Source: an uncultured Verrucomicrobiae bacterium
GTDB taxonomy: Bacteria > Verrucomicrobiota > Verrucomicrobiia > Limisphaerales > UBA11358
Assembly (NCBI GenBank): GCA_963744965.1
Contig: CAVUVT010000002.1
Location: 79,440 to 143,439, forward strand
Direction: 5' to 3'
Length of the DNA: 64,000 nt
Shown: positions 19,115 to 29,726 of the stretch, one piece after another
Layout of the letters: each line of letters starts with the position of its first letter
Position numbering within the stretch: the first letter of the stretch is position 1
Notes under the pieces: model-generated
Told to the model about the DNA's origin: nothing
Seen by the model: the letters and a program-made list of their open reading frames with translations, nothing else
The model's database searches: none
Translations under genes and position numbers: made by a program

Positions 19115-19951
19115 TTATTCCAGATTGATAAACAGGTGGCTCTCACCCATATCCTTCTCGTCCGGCAACCATGCGCCGCCTCGTTTGGCGCATAAATCCT
19201 GACAAATCTTTCGCAGCGCCTTCCGTTTTGACGATGCTTTCGGCAGTTTGACCAATAGCCGGTCGGCAAATTGTTTTCCGCGTCTGCCCGCATAAATAAG
19301 GGCGGCAACGACGGTTTCTGCACCGGCAGCGTATAGCATTTCCACAAATTGAAGCGCCGCTTTTGCCGTGCGAAATCTTGCGAGTGAACAAAGATCAGGA
19401 TTTTTAGCCGCACTCAACCATTGCCGGGCCTCGGCGTGGGATTTTTCCAAGAGGGATTTAATGAACAATTCATGCTGCCGTCGTTGCAGGCTGCGGTTGT
19501 CACGCACCACTTTTCCAGCCGGTTCTCCTTCATGTTGTGGCCAGTCAGGATGTTTCCGGGCGGCTTTCAGGTAGGCGGCGCGGGTCACGTCCACGTTGCT
19601 GATGTAGAAGGTTTCCTGAATCAGTGTGCCGTCCCACAGCCAAAGCCGCATCCGTCCAAAAAATTTGCCGTTGAGTGAATTTATCTCCAGCCTCAATTTT
19701 CCGTTCTGGTGCCAATAACGCTGCGTGCCGGTGCCGTGGTTCATGGTAAAGGAACCGAGCAGTCGTCCGTTTTCATTCCATTGCCGGCTGATGCCGTGCA
19801 AACGACCGCGGTGATAACGCAATTCCTCGGCCAGTTGGCCATTGAAATGCCAAGTGCGGTTGAGACCGTGAAATTGCCCCCCCACCTCCCTGATCTCCGC
19901 GTGGGCACGGTCGTTACGGTAATAAAACCGTTTTATACGAAGTTTCGGCAT
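19115..19951 (-). CDS. MORN-variant repeat protein (YwqK-like)
   Basis: Repeated HG..R.WH.NG.L motifs. Confidence 0.75.
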   Translation of the reverse strand: MPKLRIKRFYYRNDRAHAEIREVGGQFHGLNRTWHFNGQLAEELRYHRGRLHGISRQWNENGRLLGSFTMNHGTGTQRYWHQNGKLRLEINSLNGKFFGRMRLWLWDGTLIQETFYISNVDVTRAAYLKAARKHPDWPQHEGEPAGKVVRDNRSLQRRQHELFIKSLLEKSHAEARQWLSAAKNPDLCSLARFRTAKAALQFVEMLYAAGAETVVAALIYAGRRGKQFADRLLVKLPKASSKRKALRKICQDLCAKRGGAWLPDEKDMGESHLFINLE

Positions 19952-20155
19952 GTCGGCAAATCAACTGTTGTTGTCAGCGTGCCCGCCTGAACGTCCATCC
20001 CCATGCGACGGACGATTAACCAAATGTTTCAAAAAGTGCGGTAGGAATCCGCATTCTTCCGTTGGTAAAAATCGCCTTTTCTGCCAGATGACGATTCACT
20101 TGGTTCTGGTCTAAACTTATGCAATTTCGAGCATAAATGCGATTTATTTTACAAA

Positions 20156-20731
20156 TCATTTGTTCTCGCAGTTTGACATGTTCAATTTCAATCGCCTTAA
20201 CGCAATCAATCCAAAGGCCAAGCCGCCAAGCGCAAATATGGAAGGTTCTGGAACGGGTTGTATTCCCGCTTGATTAAGCTGAATTTGAAAATCTGGCGGC
20301 GGCGCGATGGGAAGCTGTAAAGGCCCGGTTGCATCGTCCACGCGAATCGCTTCCAGCATGGTTGCGCCTGCGGTGGATGAATCTGCTGCTAATGGCAATG
20401 CGACTGGTTGCACAGGCGTATCTACCAATGCCAATACAAACGACGAAGATTGGAAAAGTGTGTTTTCATCGAGTGATGGTGGCGGTGATGGCGTTAAATA
20501 CAGACTTTGAAAGCGGGGAAGTTCAAATTGATGTTGTCCCCAAAGAATTCTGTTTCGCGTGCCGAAAGCGTCTCGCGGCGGATAAAATGTAAAGCCAGAT
20601 TGAACAAAGCCGCCGATGGTCGTCGAACCCAATGCGGTTTGTAATTGCGACAGCCGATCATCTGCTCGCGCCGTGAATACCAGCGCACTCGCAATGACTG
20701 TTAAGGTGAATGTTGTCGGTTGCATCCGCAT
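20156..20731 (-). CDS. PEP-CTERM protein
   Basis: C-terminal VPEPS + TM + RRLK; N-terminal signal peptide. Confidence 0.8.
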   Translation of the reverse strand: MRMQPTTFTLTVIASALVFTARADDRLSQLQTALGSTTIGGFVQSGFTFYPPRDAFGTRNRILWGQHQFELPRFQSLYLTPSPPPSLDENTLFQSSSFVLALVDTPVQPVALPLAADSSTAGATMLEAIRVDDATGPLQLPIAPPPDFQIQLNQAGIQPVPEPSIFALGGLAFGLIALRRLKLNMSNCENK

Positions 20732-21080
20732 GGCGGATAGCATGAGGAAAAGCACATTTTTAGCAAATAATTTCATTCGTCTTTTCTTTCCAAACAATTC
20801 ACAAAACACCGCAATTTCGCGGCACCAATTCGCTCATCCGGTGCAACTCTGGACGTTGAACGAAAATTAGCGTGGCGATTCGATTGTTGTCCAACGGCGT
20901 CAAGAATTTCTTGAGCAGCCTCGATGAGGCCAATTCGCAATTGCGCCGTTGGTTTGCATGATTTGCAAGCGAACTTGATTTTGGATTCATAAGCATTCAA
21001 GGCCACTCACGGTTCGTCCATAATTTAGGACCAAGTCAATTCCGCCTTTTGTCCAATTCGTCAATCCATCTTCGTCCGCA

Positions 21081-24000
21081 TTACCGGCGCACCCGGAAGA
21101 ATTTTGCAGGCGCGGACATATTCAAGTTTGTCCAACTGTTCCCTTGGCTCAGGACATCGGTATAAGGTCCGACCGGCGTGGGTGCCCATTGCAGAATACC
21201 TGTCCCATTCCAATTGACCACCAATCCGTTTCGCGTTAAGTGAGCCTGCAAAACCTGAACGAATGGAATAAGTGCCAATCCATGATAATACCCGGCAGTA
21301 ATCCCAACGACATGAGAACTTGACGGCACGCTTAGTTGGCCAAACGTATCATCACCCCATCCGATAATAGTGCCATTCGACAAGAGCGCCAGTGTGTGGA
21401 AATCACCGGAGGCAATGGCAACAACATTTGAGAGACCCGAAGGAACATTAGTTTGGCCGAAAGTATTATCCCCCCAAGCTGCCACGGTTCCGTTGGAACA
21501 CAACGCAACGCTGTGCAGATAACCGGCGGTGACGGCGACGACATTTGACAGATTTGACGGCGGTGACGACTGGCCAAAACTATTGTCACCCCATGCAACC
21601 ACAATGCCATTTGTAAGCGCAGCAAGATTATGATTGCGTCCAGCGGCAATCGCCTTAACAGGCATCCAATTGGGATTATTCACCCATATCGGCCACCACC
21701 ACGGGCCAGTATAATAACCCGGTATCAGTTGATTAGGCAGGCTCGTCTGTCCAAAAGTATTGTCTCCCCAAGCCACTACAAGGCCCGATGCCAGCAACGC
21801 GAGGCTGTGAGAATCACCCGCCGCCACACTCAGCACGGATGACACCGTGCCGGGAATATCGGTTTGCCCGGAATCATCCTGTCCCCAAGCAACGACGCTG
21901 CCATCTTCCGCAATGGCAAGATTGTGATCCGCTCCGGCAGCGACGGAGACAAAACGCAGGGAATTAGTGGGGACATCAATTTGCCCTTCGTCGTCAATTC
22001 CCCACGCCACCAGCGTTCCATCATGCCGGATGGCAACCGAATGGTAGTCACCGCCTGCCACCGCCACCGCATCGTCAAGGTTGGTTGGCACGTCGGTCTG
22101 TCCGCCCGAATCATCGCCCCAAGCCACAACTTGCGAGGCTGGTAAAAACACACTGATTTTGCCGGTTCCTGAAATACTGCCAAATTGATTGGTGACAGTG
22201 ACCGAATAATATCCCGCCTGCAACGGTGTGATATTGGTCAGGGAAAGGAACGCGGTGCTGTTTGAAAGTGCTGTGGTGTTGAAGCTCCAACTATAGGCCA
22301 GCGGCGGGGTGCCGGCGGCACCGGAATTCAACACCAGATTGCTTCCCTCATCCACAACCTGGTTGGAAAATCCATTTGGCAAAGAAGGAGCTTGATAAAC
22401 CGTCAATTGCACGACGGCACTGGTGGCTGAACCATAGAAATTTGAAGCCACCACATAATATGCCCCCTGATTGGCGGCGACGATTGAAGCCAGAGACAAA
22501 TTGGCGCTGGTTTGACCGGGAATTTGATTGCTCTGGAAATACCAGGCATATCTGATGGGATTCAAGCCATCGTCCGAACCGATGGCCAGGCTTTCAAAAG
22601 CCACACTGGCACCCGGTAGCCCTGCTGTTGAAACTGGTTGCAAGATGAACGATGGCTTGGCAGGCAACACCGTCAAGATTGCGCCAGGGCTGATGGCTGT
22701 TCCCAATGAATTTGAGGCCAGGAGTTGATATGTGCCGGCATCGGCAGCTTGGGCATTGGGAATTATCAATTGCGATGAAACGGCTCCGGCCAAAAGCGCG
22801 CCGTTTTTGTACCATTGGAGTGTCAACGGGGCGCTGCCAACCACATTGGCATTAAATTCAGCTTGAGTTCCGGCCGGAACAGAAATTGATTGCGGGCCAG
22901 AAACAATCAACGCCTTGGAAGGCAATACCCGCAGTAAAATTGGCCCGCTGGTGGCGGTGCCCAAACTGTTTGCCATCGTGACTTGGTAATAGCCTTCATT
23001 GATTGACTGGGCGTTAGAGACGATCAGGGTGCTGTTCGTGGCATCGGCGATCACGGTGCCAGCAAACGCCCATTGATAACTCAGCGGGGGCGTGCCGAAC
23101 GCGCCAACAGTAATGCTGGCGGTGCTGTTGGCTAAAACGCTGATGAAGGCCGGCTGATTTGTAATGTATGGCGGAACTAGAACCGTGACGGTGAAAGTGC
23201 CGGTCAAGATATTCGAGCCAAGGGCGACCGTGCAAACAACGACGTTGGTGCCACCCGGAAAAACTGAACCGGAAGCCGGCACGCAAGTTACCGTTGCCGT
23301 CGGTGTCGCGTCAGGCGCGGGATAAGTGACTACTGCTGAATTTTGTCCAACCGCGGCAATCGCCACAATGTTAGACGGGCAATTTATATAAAGACATGGG
23401 GTTGGTGGTGCGGCGGGATTAAATTCGTAGGCTCCCATGTCCACAATGGCAGAACCGTTGGTATTGCCGGTAAGAATTCGCGGGTTTCCATTAAAATCCA
23501 ATGCCGGCAATAGCGGAGCTCCGTTCGTGCCGGCATCAATGCAACGGGAAACTGTGAACAAACGAAAATCACCGCTGGATAGACAGGCAAAGAATGGGTT
23601 GGTGGAGATGTTGCCCGCAATTCCATTCAAGTTGGTGATAACTCCGCCTGCATAGACGTTTCCGTTAGCAGAGTAAAAGTCGTTGAACTGGATAACCGGC
23701 GGGTTGGTTCCGGATACCGCGCTTATGTAAAGCGCAGGATTTCCAGCCACGATGTTATTGATAATCTCGCAACTGGAAAAATAGCCATCTTCCCCAATGC
23801 CGTTGCCTCCATTCCCGGAAATTGTGTTATTTATTACCCACGGCCCACGCGCCCCGCTGGCCACCTCCGCGCTGATGCCGTTTCCGGTGTTACCCGTAAT
23901 GACATTTTGCACGATGTTGGCATTGCAATAACCACTCATAATTATCGCATCACCGATGTTGTCCTGGATCAAATTGTTGATGATGGTTGGCGAACCGCCG

Positions 24001-26150
24001 ACAGTCATGCTGACACCGCCTCCATGATTGCCCACGAGCGCATTGCCGGAGAGCAGCGGCGAATTGCAAACATAAAGGTTAATGGCGGAGCCGGAACTGT
24101 TGGAAATCACATTATTCAGGATGACGGGCGAGGCGGAATAGCCATAAATCCCGGTTCCGCAGTTGACGATGTTGTTGGAGGCAATCGTGGGAGATGCCCC
24201 GGAAACATATACCCCTGAATTACCACTGGCCAGAGTAAAGCCGGATATTATTGAGTTTGTTGTTTCACCACTGGCGAACGTAACGGCGTTCGAGCCAGCA
24301 GGTGGATTTATCAAGGTCGCGTTGGGACCGCTCACGCTGACCAACAAAGCCGGCTTGCCGTTGAAATTGACCGCTTCATCATATGTTCCCGGCGAAACCA
24401 GCACCGTGTCGTTTGTCAAAGAACTGGCCGCGTTGATGGCTGCCTGAATGGTCGCATAATCAGCCGGCACGCGAATCGTCCTCGGAGTTGAATTTGTTGT
24501 GGGCGAAACTTGAAAGTTTAGAAGCAGATCAATCAGATTGGTTTGTGGCGACCCCCAGCCGGTGCAAAGATCATAACCTGGGATTGCAAAATATTTTGTC
24601 GGATTGCTGCTGTTTGTATTGTTGCCGGAAACAATGTCATGGAAACTTGTGCTGTAACTTGCACTTTTTCCAATCGCGTAGAGGATCGGGTTGAGGAAAC
24701 CGACTGGTTGTTTGCCTTGGGCCGCCGCTTTCTGGTTGACCAGCGCCGTGAATGCCGCCCAGAGGGGAGACGAAAAACTTGTGCCGCCAAGCATTTCCTG
24801 TTGCCCGTTATTGGCGACGACATACATATTGTCAGCCACCATAGCCACGTCCGGCAGGTTCCTCCTGGTTGGCGACCCATTATTGTTGGCCATGTTAATC
24901 CCCTGTTGCCAGCTTGGAATCGCCAGGATTGTGCTGCTGCCGCCACCAGTGGCATCAGTGCCCTCACCAGTGGTCGCCCAGTTCCATGCTGTTTCCGACA
25001 CCCATGAACCATTTGAGGCCGTCGTCAGCGTTGTCCCACCGATCGTCGTAATATACGGATCATCCACGGGAATGTCACTCTGGCTGGTGTAAGCTCCATT
25101 GTCACCAGAGGCATTAAAAAAAGATTGTCCTTGTGCCGCCATCTGCTGGTAAATCAGATCCACCGTCAGCCCGCTTCCGATTGCCCAGGAACAGCTTATT
25201 TGTTTTGCCAGATTATCCGAAACCATGCGCTGGAGAACATCAATTATGCCACCATTACTTTCATAAACAACAATCTGGGCGCCGGGTGCCATTGACGTGA
25301 CCATCTCAATATCCAACGCCACCTCAGCATTGTAAGGACCGGGGTTCCCGTTACCTTCCACAAGCACATTGGTAATCGCCAAAACATTTGTCAATCCGGC
25401 TTGACTCGCATATTGCATGAGATCATTCGTATAATAACCACCAATCTCAAACAGTCCGACCTTCTGGCCCGCGCCGGTTAACGTGACACCAGGCACATAG
25501 GCGGCACGGAAGTCATTCCCAATGTATGTTCCGCTCGGTCCCGAACCGAAAGCCGGTTTAGCATTGGCAGTTTGGGCAACGTTGCTTGACCGGCTGCGAT
25601 ACAACGGACGCGGCAGTACATAATTATCAAGCCCATTCACTTCTAAAATCGGGGCCGCTGTGTCAACCGAAGGCTCGACATCAGGCGCGTAAAATGTCCG
25701 CGATTCAAACGGATGGTTATAGACCAGGAGGTGAACGTGAAAAGCTTGTTCGATGTCTGTAACCGCCCCGCTGACATCTACCAAAGCTCGATTGGAATGA
25801 GTGCCGGTCACGGTCAAGCCCTGCGATTTTACAAAATCAATAACCGCTTGATAATTTTCCCGAGTCGGCCCGAATCTTTCAGTAAACTGTTCAGGAGTCA
25901 GGTAATGGCGAAAATTGGGACTGGTTGGGTCATAGACCTGTTTGAGGAAATCCGCAAGGTCTTCCGGATTGCGCAATGGCAACGATATTGCCAAATTTAA
26001 GCGGCTTGCCGCCTCAAGCCGGTTTATCGAATGCAATTTGGCAACCGCTTGCGAAACAGGGTTGCGTAGGACTTGCCTTTCCGCCGCAGTCAATACCGCG
26101 CTGGACAGGCCAAGCCACAGCAGGATTAAAAAGGAGCATTTAATTTTCAT
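21081..26150 (-). CDS. Secreted S53 (sedolisin) protease with pro-domain, beta-helix, HYR, Ig and RCC1-like repeats
   Basis: Pro-domain YLTPEQF..FGP; catalytic EVALD, SGDNG, GGTS; AWGDN..GQ repeats. Confidence 0.88.
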   Translation of the reverse strand: MKIKCSFLILLWLGLSSAVLTAAERQVLRNPVSQAVAKLHSINRLEAASRLNLAISLPLRNPEDLADFLKQVYDPTSPNFRHYLTPEQFTERFGPTRENYQAVIDFVKSQGLTVTGTHSNRALVDVSGAVTDIEQAFHVHLLVYNHPFESRTFYAPDVEPSVDTAAPILEVNGLDNYVLPRPLYRSRSSNVAQTANAKPAFGSGPSGTYIGNDFRAAYVPGVTLTGAGQKVGLFEIGGYYTNDLMQYASQAGLTNVLAITNVLVEGNGNPGPYNAEVALDIEMVTSMAPGAQIVVYESNGGIIDVLQRMVSDNLAKQISCSWAIGSGLTVDLIYQQMAAQGQSFFNASGDNGAYTSQSDIPVDDPYITTIGGTTLTTASNGSWVSETAWNWATTGEGTDATGGGSSTILAIPSWQQGINMANNNGSPTRRNLPDVAMVADNMYVVANNGQQEMLGGTSFSSPLWAAFTALVNQKAAAQGKQPVGFLNPILYAIGKSASYSTSFHDIVSGNNTNSSNPTKYFAIPGYDLCTGWGSPQTNLIDLLLNFQVSPTTNSTPRTIRVPADYATIQAAINAASSLTNDTVLVSPGTYDEAVNFNGKPALLVSVSGPNATLINPPAGSNAVTFASGETTNSIISGFTLASGNSGVYVSGASPTIASNNIVNCGTGIYGYSASPVILNNVISNSSGSAINLYVCNSPLLSGNALVGNHGGGVSMTVGGSPTIINNLIQDNIGDAIIMSGYCNANIVQNVITGNTGNGISAEVASGARGPWVINNTISGNGGNGIGEDGYFSSCEIINNIVAGNPALYISAVSGTNPPVIQFNDFYSANGNVYAGGVITNLNGIAGNISTNPFFACLSSGDFRLFTVSRCIDAGTNGAPLLPALDFNGNPRILTGNTNGSAIVDMGAYEFNPAAPPTPCLYINCPSNIVAIAAVGQNSAVVTYPAPDATPTATVTCVPASGSVFPGGTNVVVCTVALGSNILTGTFTVTVLVPPYITNQPAFISVLANSTASITVGAFGTPPLSYQWAFAGTVIADATNSTLIVSNAQSINEGYYQVTMANSLGTATSGPILLRVLPSKALIVSGPQSISVPAGTQAEFNANVVGSAPLTLQWYKNGALLAGAVSSQLIIPNAQAADAGTYQLLASNSLGTAISPGAILTVLPAKPSFILQPVSTAGLPGASVAFESLAIGSDDGLNPIRYAWYFQSNQIPGQTSANLSLASIVAANQGAYYVVASNFYGSATSAVVQLTVYQAPSLPNGFSNQVVDEGSNLVLNSGAAGTPPLAYSWSFNTTALSNSTAFLSLTNITPLQAGYYSVTVTNQFGSISGTGKISVFLPASQVVAWGDDSGGQTDVPTNLDDAVAVAGGDYHSVAIRHDGTLVAWGIDDEGQIDVPTNSLRFVSVAAGADHNLAIAEDGSVVAWGQDDSGQTDIPGTVSSVLSVAAGDSHSLALLASGLVVAWGDNTFGQTSLPNQLIPGYYTGPWWWPIWVNNPNWMPVKAIAAGRNHNLAALTNGIVVAWGDNSFGQSSPPSNLSNVVAVTAGYLHSVALCSNGTVAAWGDNTFGQTNVPSGLSNVVAIASGDFHTLALLSNGTIIGWGDDTFGQLSVPSSSHVVGITAGYYHGLALIPFVQVLQAHLTRNGLVVNWNGTGILQWAPTPVGPYTDVLSQGNSWTNLNMSAPAKFFRVRR

Positions 26151-26297
26151 TTTGCTTATTTAATTTGCCAGCATGTCATCCCAAAAATCTCACCGATTAC
26201 CCGTTGCCGCAAAAATATTTTCGATCCAAGAGGACGGTAAATGGAATCGCGCGATTCCACCTCTGTAATTTATCAACTTCATGGATGTCGTTTTAAG

Positions 26298-26822
26298 TCA
26301 AGTCTCCAATGGAAATGGCTCGTCAAGCAACGCATGGTGGAATCGGCCTTCGTAAAGGTCTAGGCCATCCAAGAACCGCGCGAAGCTGTGATGCCCCATA
26401 AAACCGGCGAGCCCCGCGACAGCCCACTTGTAAGCGTCAAAATCCGTGGCTAATGGAAGAAGCGGTGCCAGCATCTTCGCTCCATCCAAAGCTAAAGCCG
26501 TGAACTCCTCTTGCAAAAATACCGGACATGGGACAGCAACAGAACTATCCGAATTCGCATAGATAACTCCGGCGTGAGTCAGCAAAGTAAGTGCATCTGC
26601 AGGCGTTGCTCGACGGGCAAGCTCGATAAGGTGTGTGGCTACGGCATACATCGCGGTGGAAGTACCTCCCTGATGCTGCACCTCGTTGATGAGGTCGCCA
26701 AGACGCTCGCTGGACAAGCCGCCCTTCTGCTGCGCCTCGGTCAGCCAAGCAACGACATCCTCTGTGTCGCCGTAGCTGCTTCGCAACTCACTCCATCGAG
26801 GGTCTGTCAGTGAAATTGGCAT
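26298..26822 (-). CDS. Hypothetical (immunity-like) protein, intact copy
   Basis: WSELRSSYG..HQG...TA.YA; paralogue of 29727-30250. Confidence 0.75.
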   Translation of the reverse strand: MPISLTDPRWSELRSSYGDTEDVVAWLTEAQQKGGLSSERLGDLINEVQHQGGTSTAMYAVATHLIELARRATPADALTLLTHAGVIYANSDSSVAVPCPVFLQEEFTALALDGAKMLAPLLPLATDFDAYKWAVAGLAGFMGHHSFARFLDGLDLYEGRFHHALLDEPFPLET

Positions 26823-26881
26823 AGCGTATATAGGCACGATTTGTTAGGAGGTGGCAATTATATCCTTTGCGACGGTAACAA

Positions 26882-27937
26882 TCAGAACGTCCAGTTGATA
26901 CCAGCAGTAACATAAACCTGTCCGCCCAAATTTAATCGCCCTTCCCGACCGCCGCCGCTGATTGTTGCATCGCCTAGTGACATATATTGCACACCCAGAA
27001 AAAGGTCACCGCCGGGGTCCACATGGTACAGCAACGTGGCGTTTGCATAGCCGCCATATACCAAGTCGGTCGCATCAATCTGGCCACTGTTGCGGATGGT
27101 TCCAATCGTTTCATCAAATTTCATGCTTCCCGACACTATGCCCACGGCTGGACCAACGCCGGCTGACAACCCCCATTTTTCATTTAAATCCCAATAAAAC
27201 GACGGCCCCAATCTCAAGGTGTAAAGCATCACATCCAATGAATGCGAGCCGGTGACTGATTCGGTATCGGTGGCGTTAACCACTGTGTGATTGGTGGAAA
27301 TGGTCGGATTGCCGGGGCTATTGAATGGGCCTTGATAAGGTCCCGGCGCACCCGGCCAAGTGATGCCTCCGGTGTTAAAAGTATAGGTTGATTGGCTGAC
27401 AGATGCCGACATTCCACTCTCAGTAATGGTGATGGGTAGCAGCCCAAATCCCAAATCCCATCCAATGCGCGTGCGACCCCAATCCCAGAGTTCGCCGCCA
27501 TACGCGAGGTCTAATCCGGGGAATACACCACTCCCCGAACTGCTGCCGGAATATGAAGTGATGCTGTGCATGGTCAACGTTTGACTGGCAGGGTTATATT
27601 GGCCCTGGTTGTGAAATCCCCAAAAAGATGTATAGCCTCCTGCGTTTCCAGTGTCATCCACGCGGACATAACCGTCGTCATAAATTCCGTTCGCTGCATT
27701 GTTGGGACGTGTGATTTTTGAACTGAAATTGGCGCTGATATTCAATCCAACGATAGCCCCCACGCGAAAATGCTGCGTCCAACTGTCGTCAGGAGTCTTT
27801 TGGGGAGGCTTTTGAATCCCCCAACGACCATTATCCCAGAGGAGCGGATTTTGGTCGGGAGGCGTTTGGGCTGAGGCAGCAAGCGCCAGCGCAAACCCCG
27901 CGAAGCATCTAAAATATTTCTGAATGACTTTCCTCAT
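26882..27937 (-). CDS. Outer-membrane beta-barrel-like protein
   Basis: Signal peptide, amphipathic strands, C-terminal GINWTF. Confidence 0.75.
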   Translation of the reverse strand: MRKVIQKYFRCFAGFALALAASAQTPPDQNPLLWDNGRWGIQKPPQKTPDDSWTQHFRVGAIVGLNISANFSSKITRPNNAANGIYDDGYVRVDDTGNAGGYTSFWGFHNQGQYNPASQTLTMHSITSYSGSSSGSGVFPGLDLAYGGELWDWGRTRIGWDLGFGLLPITITESGMSASVSQSTYTFNTGGITWPGAPGPYQGPFNSPGNPTISTNHTVVNATDTESVTGSHSLDVMLYTLRLGPSFYWDLNEKWGLSAGVGPAVGIVSGSMKFDETIGTIRNSGQIDATDLVYGGYANATLLYHVDPGGDLFLGVQYMSLGDATISGGGREGRLNLGGQVYVTAGINWTF

Positions 27938-27954
27938 AAATACTGGTGACAGTC

Positions 27955-29538
27955 TCACTGGTTAACAAGCACGCGGTAGAAACGCCAGGCACTGTTAGTC
28001 GCATTGGGGTCTTGCACAGTGATCAAACCGCTCGGACCTGTGAAACTGTAGAGGGAAATCCAAGCTATTAAATTGGTGGTGTATTGAACAGTGTAATTCA
28101 CGCCTGCGCCGGTATCGAAAACGAATTGAAAATTGCCGTTGGTCATCAATGTCGGCCCATTGAGGACAAGCCTAACAATTACTACCGTGAAGCTGTTCGT
28201 GGCCGTTAAATAAGGATTGACCAAATCATACGGGTCGCTGTTGGTCACCACCGTCGTAATTAAATTGGCATCCGGACTCAAACGCGTCGGAGTCCAGGTA
28301 ATGATGCCGTTGCTGCTGATGTTCACGCCGGTTGGCGGGTTAATCAGCCCGTATCCGAAAATGGTGGCATGTGTGTTGGTTTCGGTCGCTGTGTTGGTGA
28401 CCGTCAGGAGCGCCAGTTCATTAACAGTCTGGTCCGGTATCACCGGCAACACCGGTGCCACGTTCACTTCCAGGACAACTACTGTGAAGTTGTTCGTGGC
28501 CGTCAAATTCGGGTTGACCAAGTCAAACGGGTCGCTGTTGGTTACCACTGTCGTAATCGTGTTGATGGAAGGACTCTGGTTCCAAGCCGGCGTCCAGGTG
28601 ATGATGCCATTGCTGCTGATGCTCATGCCAATGGGCGGGTTGACCAGCCCATAACCAAGCGTCGTTGCCCGCGAGTTTGGCTCGGTTGCAGTGTTAGTCA
28701 CCGTCAAGAGGGTTTGTTCATTGACAAACTGAGCCGGTATCGCTGGCAGCACCGGCGGCAAGTTGTCCAATGAAAGCCCAACTGCTGTGTAATTCGTGAC
28801 GGTTACGGGTGTTCGAGTGGGAACAAAGATTTCCAGCACAAGGTTAGTGGATTCATTGGGGGCGAGCTGACCGGAAACCACATAAGGATTGCCGCCGTTT
28901 GTGCCAACGGCATTGTATAACCAGTTGGTCAAACCTGACACGATGATGCGGGCAGTGGGGAGGACATTTGTGCCGATATTGATCAAGCGAATGGTGTTGG
29001 TCATCAATCCAATCTGGGGGTCGTAATTCATTGCAGAAGCATTCGTGGCAATCAATTGACCATAAAGAAAGGTGCCAACCGTAATGCTATTGCTGGCCAG
29101 ATTGTTCGCCAAGTCAGAGTCAATCGGCGACGTGTTTGTAACGAGCGATACAAAGGTCAGTGAGCCTGCGTTGGTGGGCTGGACGGCCAATTGAAAATTT
29201 CTGACCGCCCCGTTCGTCAGTTGCCCGAGATTGAGAATGACGTTGCTTCCTTGAACGGTGGGAATCTGGTTTGAAGGCGAGTAATTTTTGAACCCCATAC
29301 CCGGCGGCAGCATGTTAACCAGAAAAACATTGGACGCGGTATTCGGCCCCAGGTTCACGACGTTGATGCCATAGAAGATCAAGTCGTTGGTGTAAACCGC
29401 CGAAGCCGGTCCGGTCACCGTCACCGCCAAGTCCGCCTGCGCTTCAACTCGCTCAACGGCAAGTATCAGCCCAAGGCCCAGAAGCGCAAACAATCGCAAA
29501 CCGGATGGAATCCGTACGCTAAGAAATGAGAAATACAT
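27955..29538 (-). CDS. Surface protein with DUF11-like and two Ig-like repeats
   Basis: ADLAVTV..NLGP..A; duplicated ~100-aa repeat; C-terminal RFYRV. Confidence 0.8.
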   Translation of the reverse strand: MYFSFLSVRIPSGLRLFALLGLGLILAVERVEAQADLAVTVTGPASAVYTNDLIFYGINVVNLGPNTASNVFLVNMLPPGMGFKNYSPSNQIPTVQGSNVILNLGQLTNGAVRNFQLAVQPTNAGSLTFVSLVTNTSPIDSDLANNLASNSITVGTFLYGQLIATNASAMNYDPQIGLMTNTIRLINIGTNVLPTARIIVSGLTNWLYNAVGTNGGNPYVVSGQLAPNESTNLVLEIFVPTRTPVTVTNYTAVGLSLDNLPPVLPAIPAQFVNEQTLLTVTNTATEPNSRATTLGYGLVNPPIGMSISSNGIITWTPAWNQSPSINTITTVVTNSDPFDLVNPNLTATNNFTVVVLEVNVAPVLPVIPDQTVNELALLTVTNTATETNTHATIFGYGLINPPTGVNISSNGIITWTPTRLSPDANLITTVVTNSDPYDLVNPYLTATNSFTVVIVRLVLNGPTLMTNGNFQFVFDTGAGVNYTVQYTTNLIAWISLYSFTGPSGLITVQDPNATNSAWRFYRVLVNQ

Positions 29539-29726
29539 GGTTCCGATTAAAGGTGATATATTATAGGAGTTTGAGGAATATGACAATCATTTTTTCATAT
29601 TCTTATGAAGGCTTTGAGTTGCAGCAGCCGTGGTCATCTTCGTCATGCGACACCAAAAGGATTGGTTCCAAACCATCTAAAACCTGTCGCATGATTCAGA
29701 GACATGGACACGCCTTGGAGATTTAA

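Noticed and set aside
28180..28760. ~300-bp direct repeat
   Set aside because: Internal duplication of Ig-like protein domains, not a DNA element
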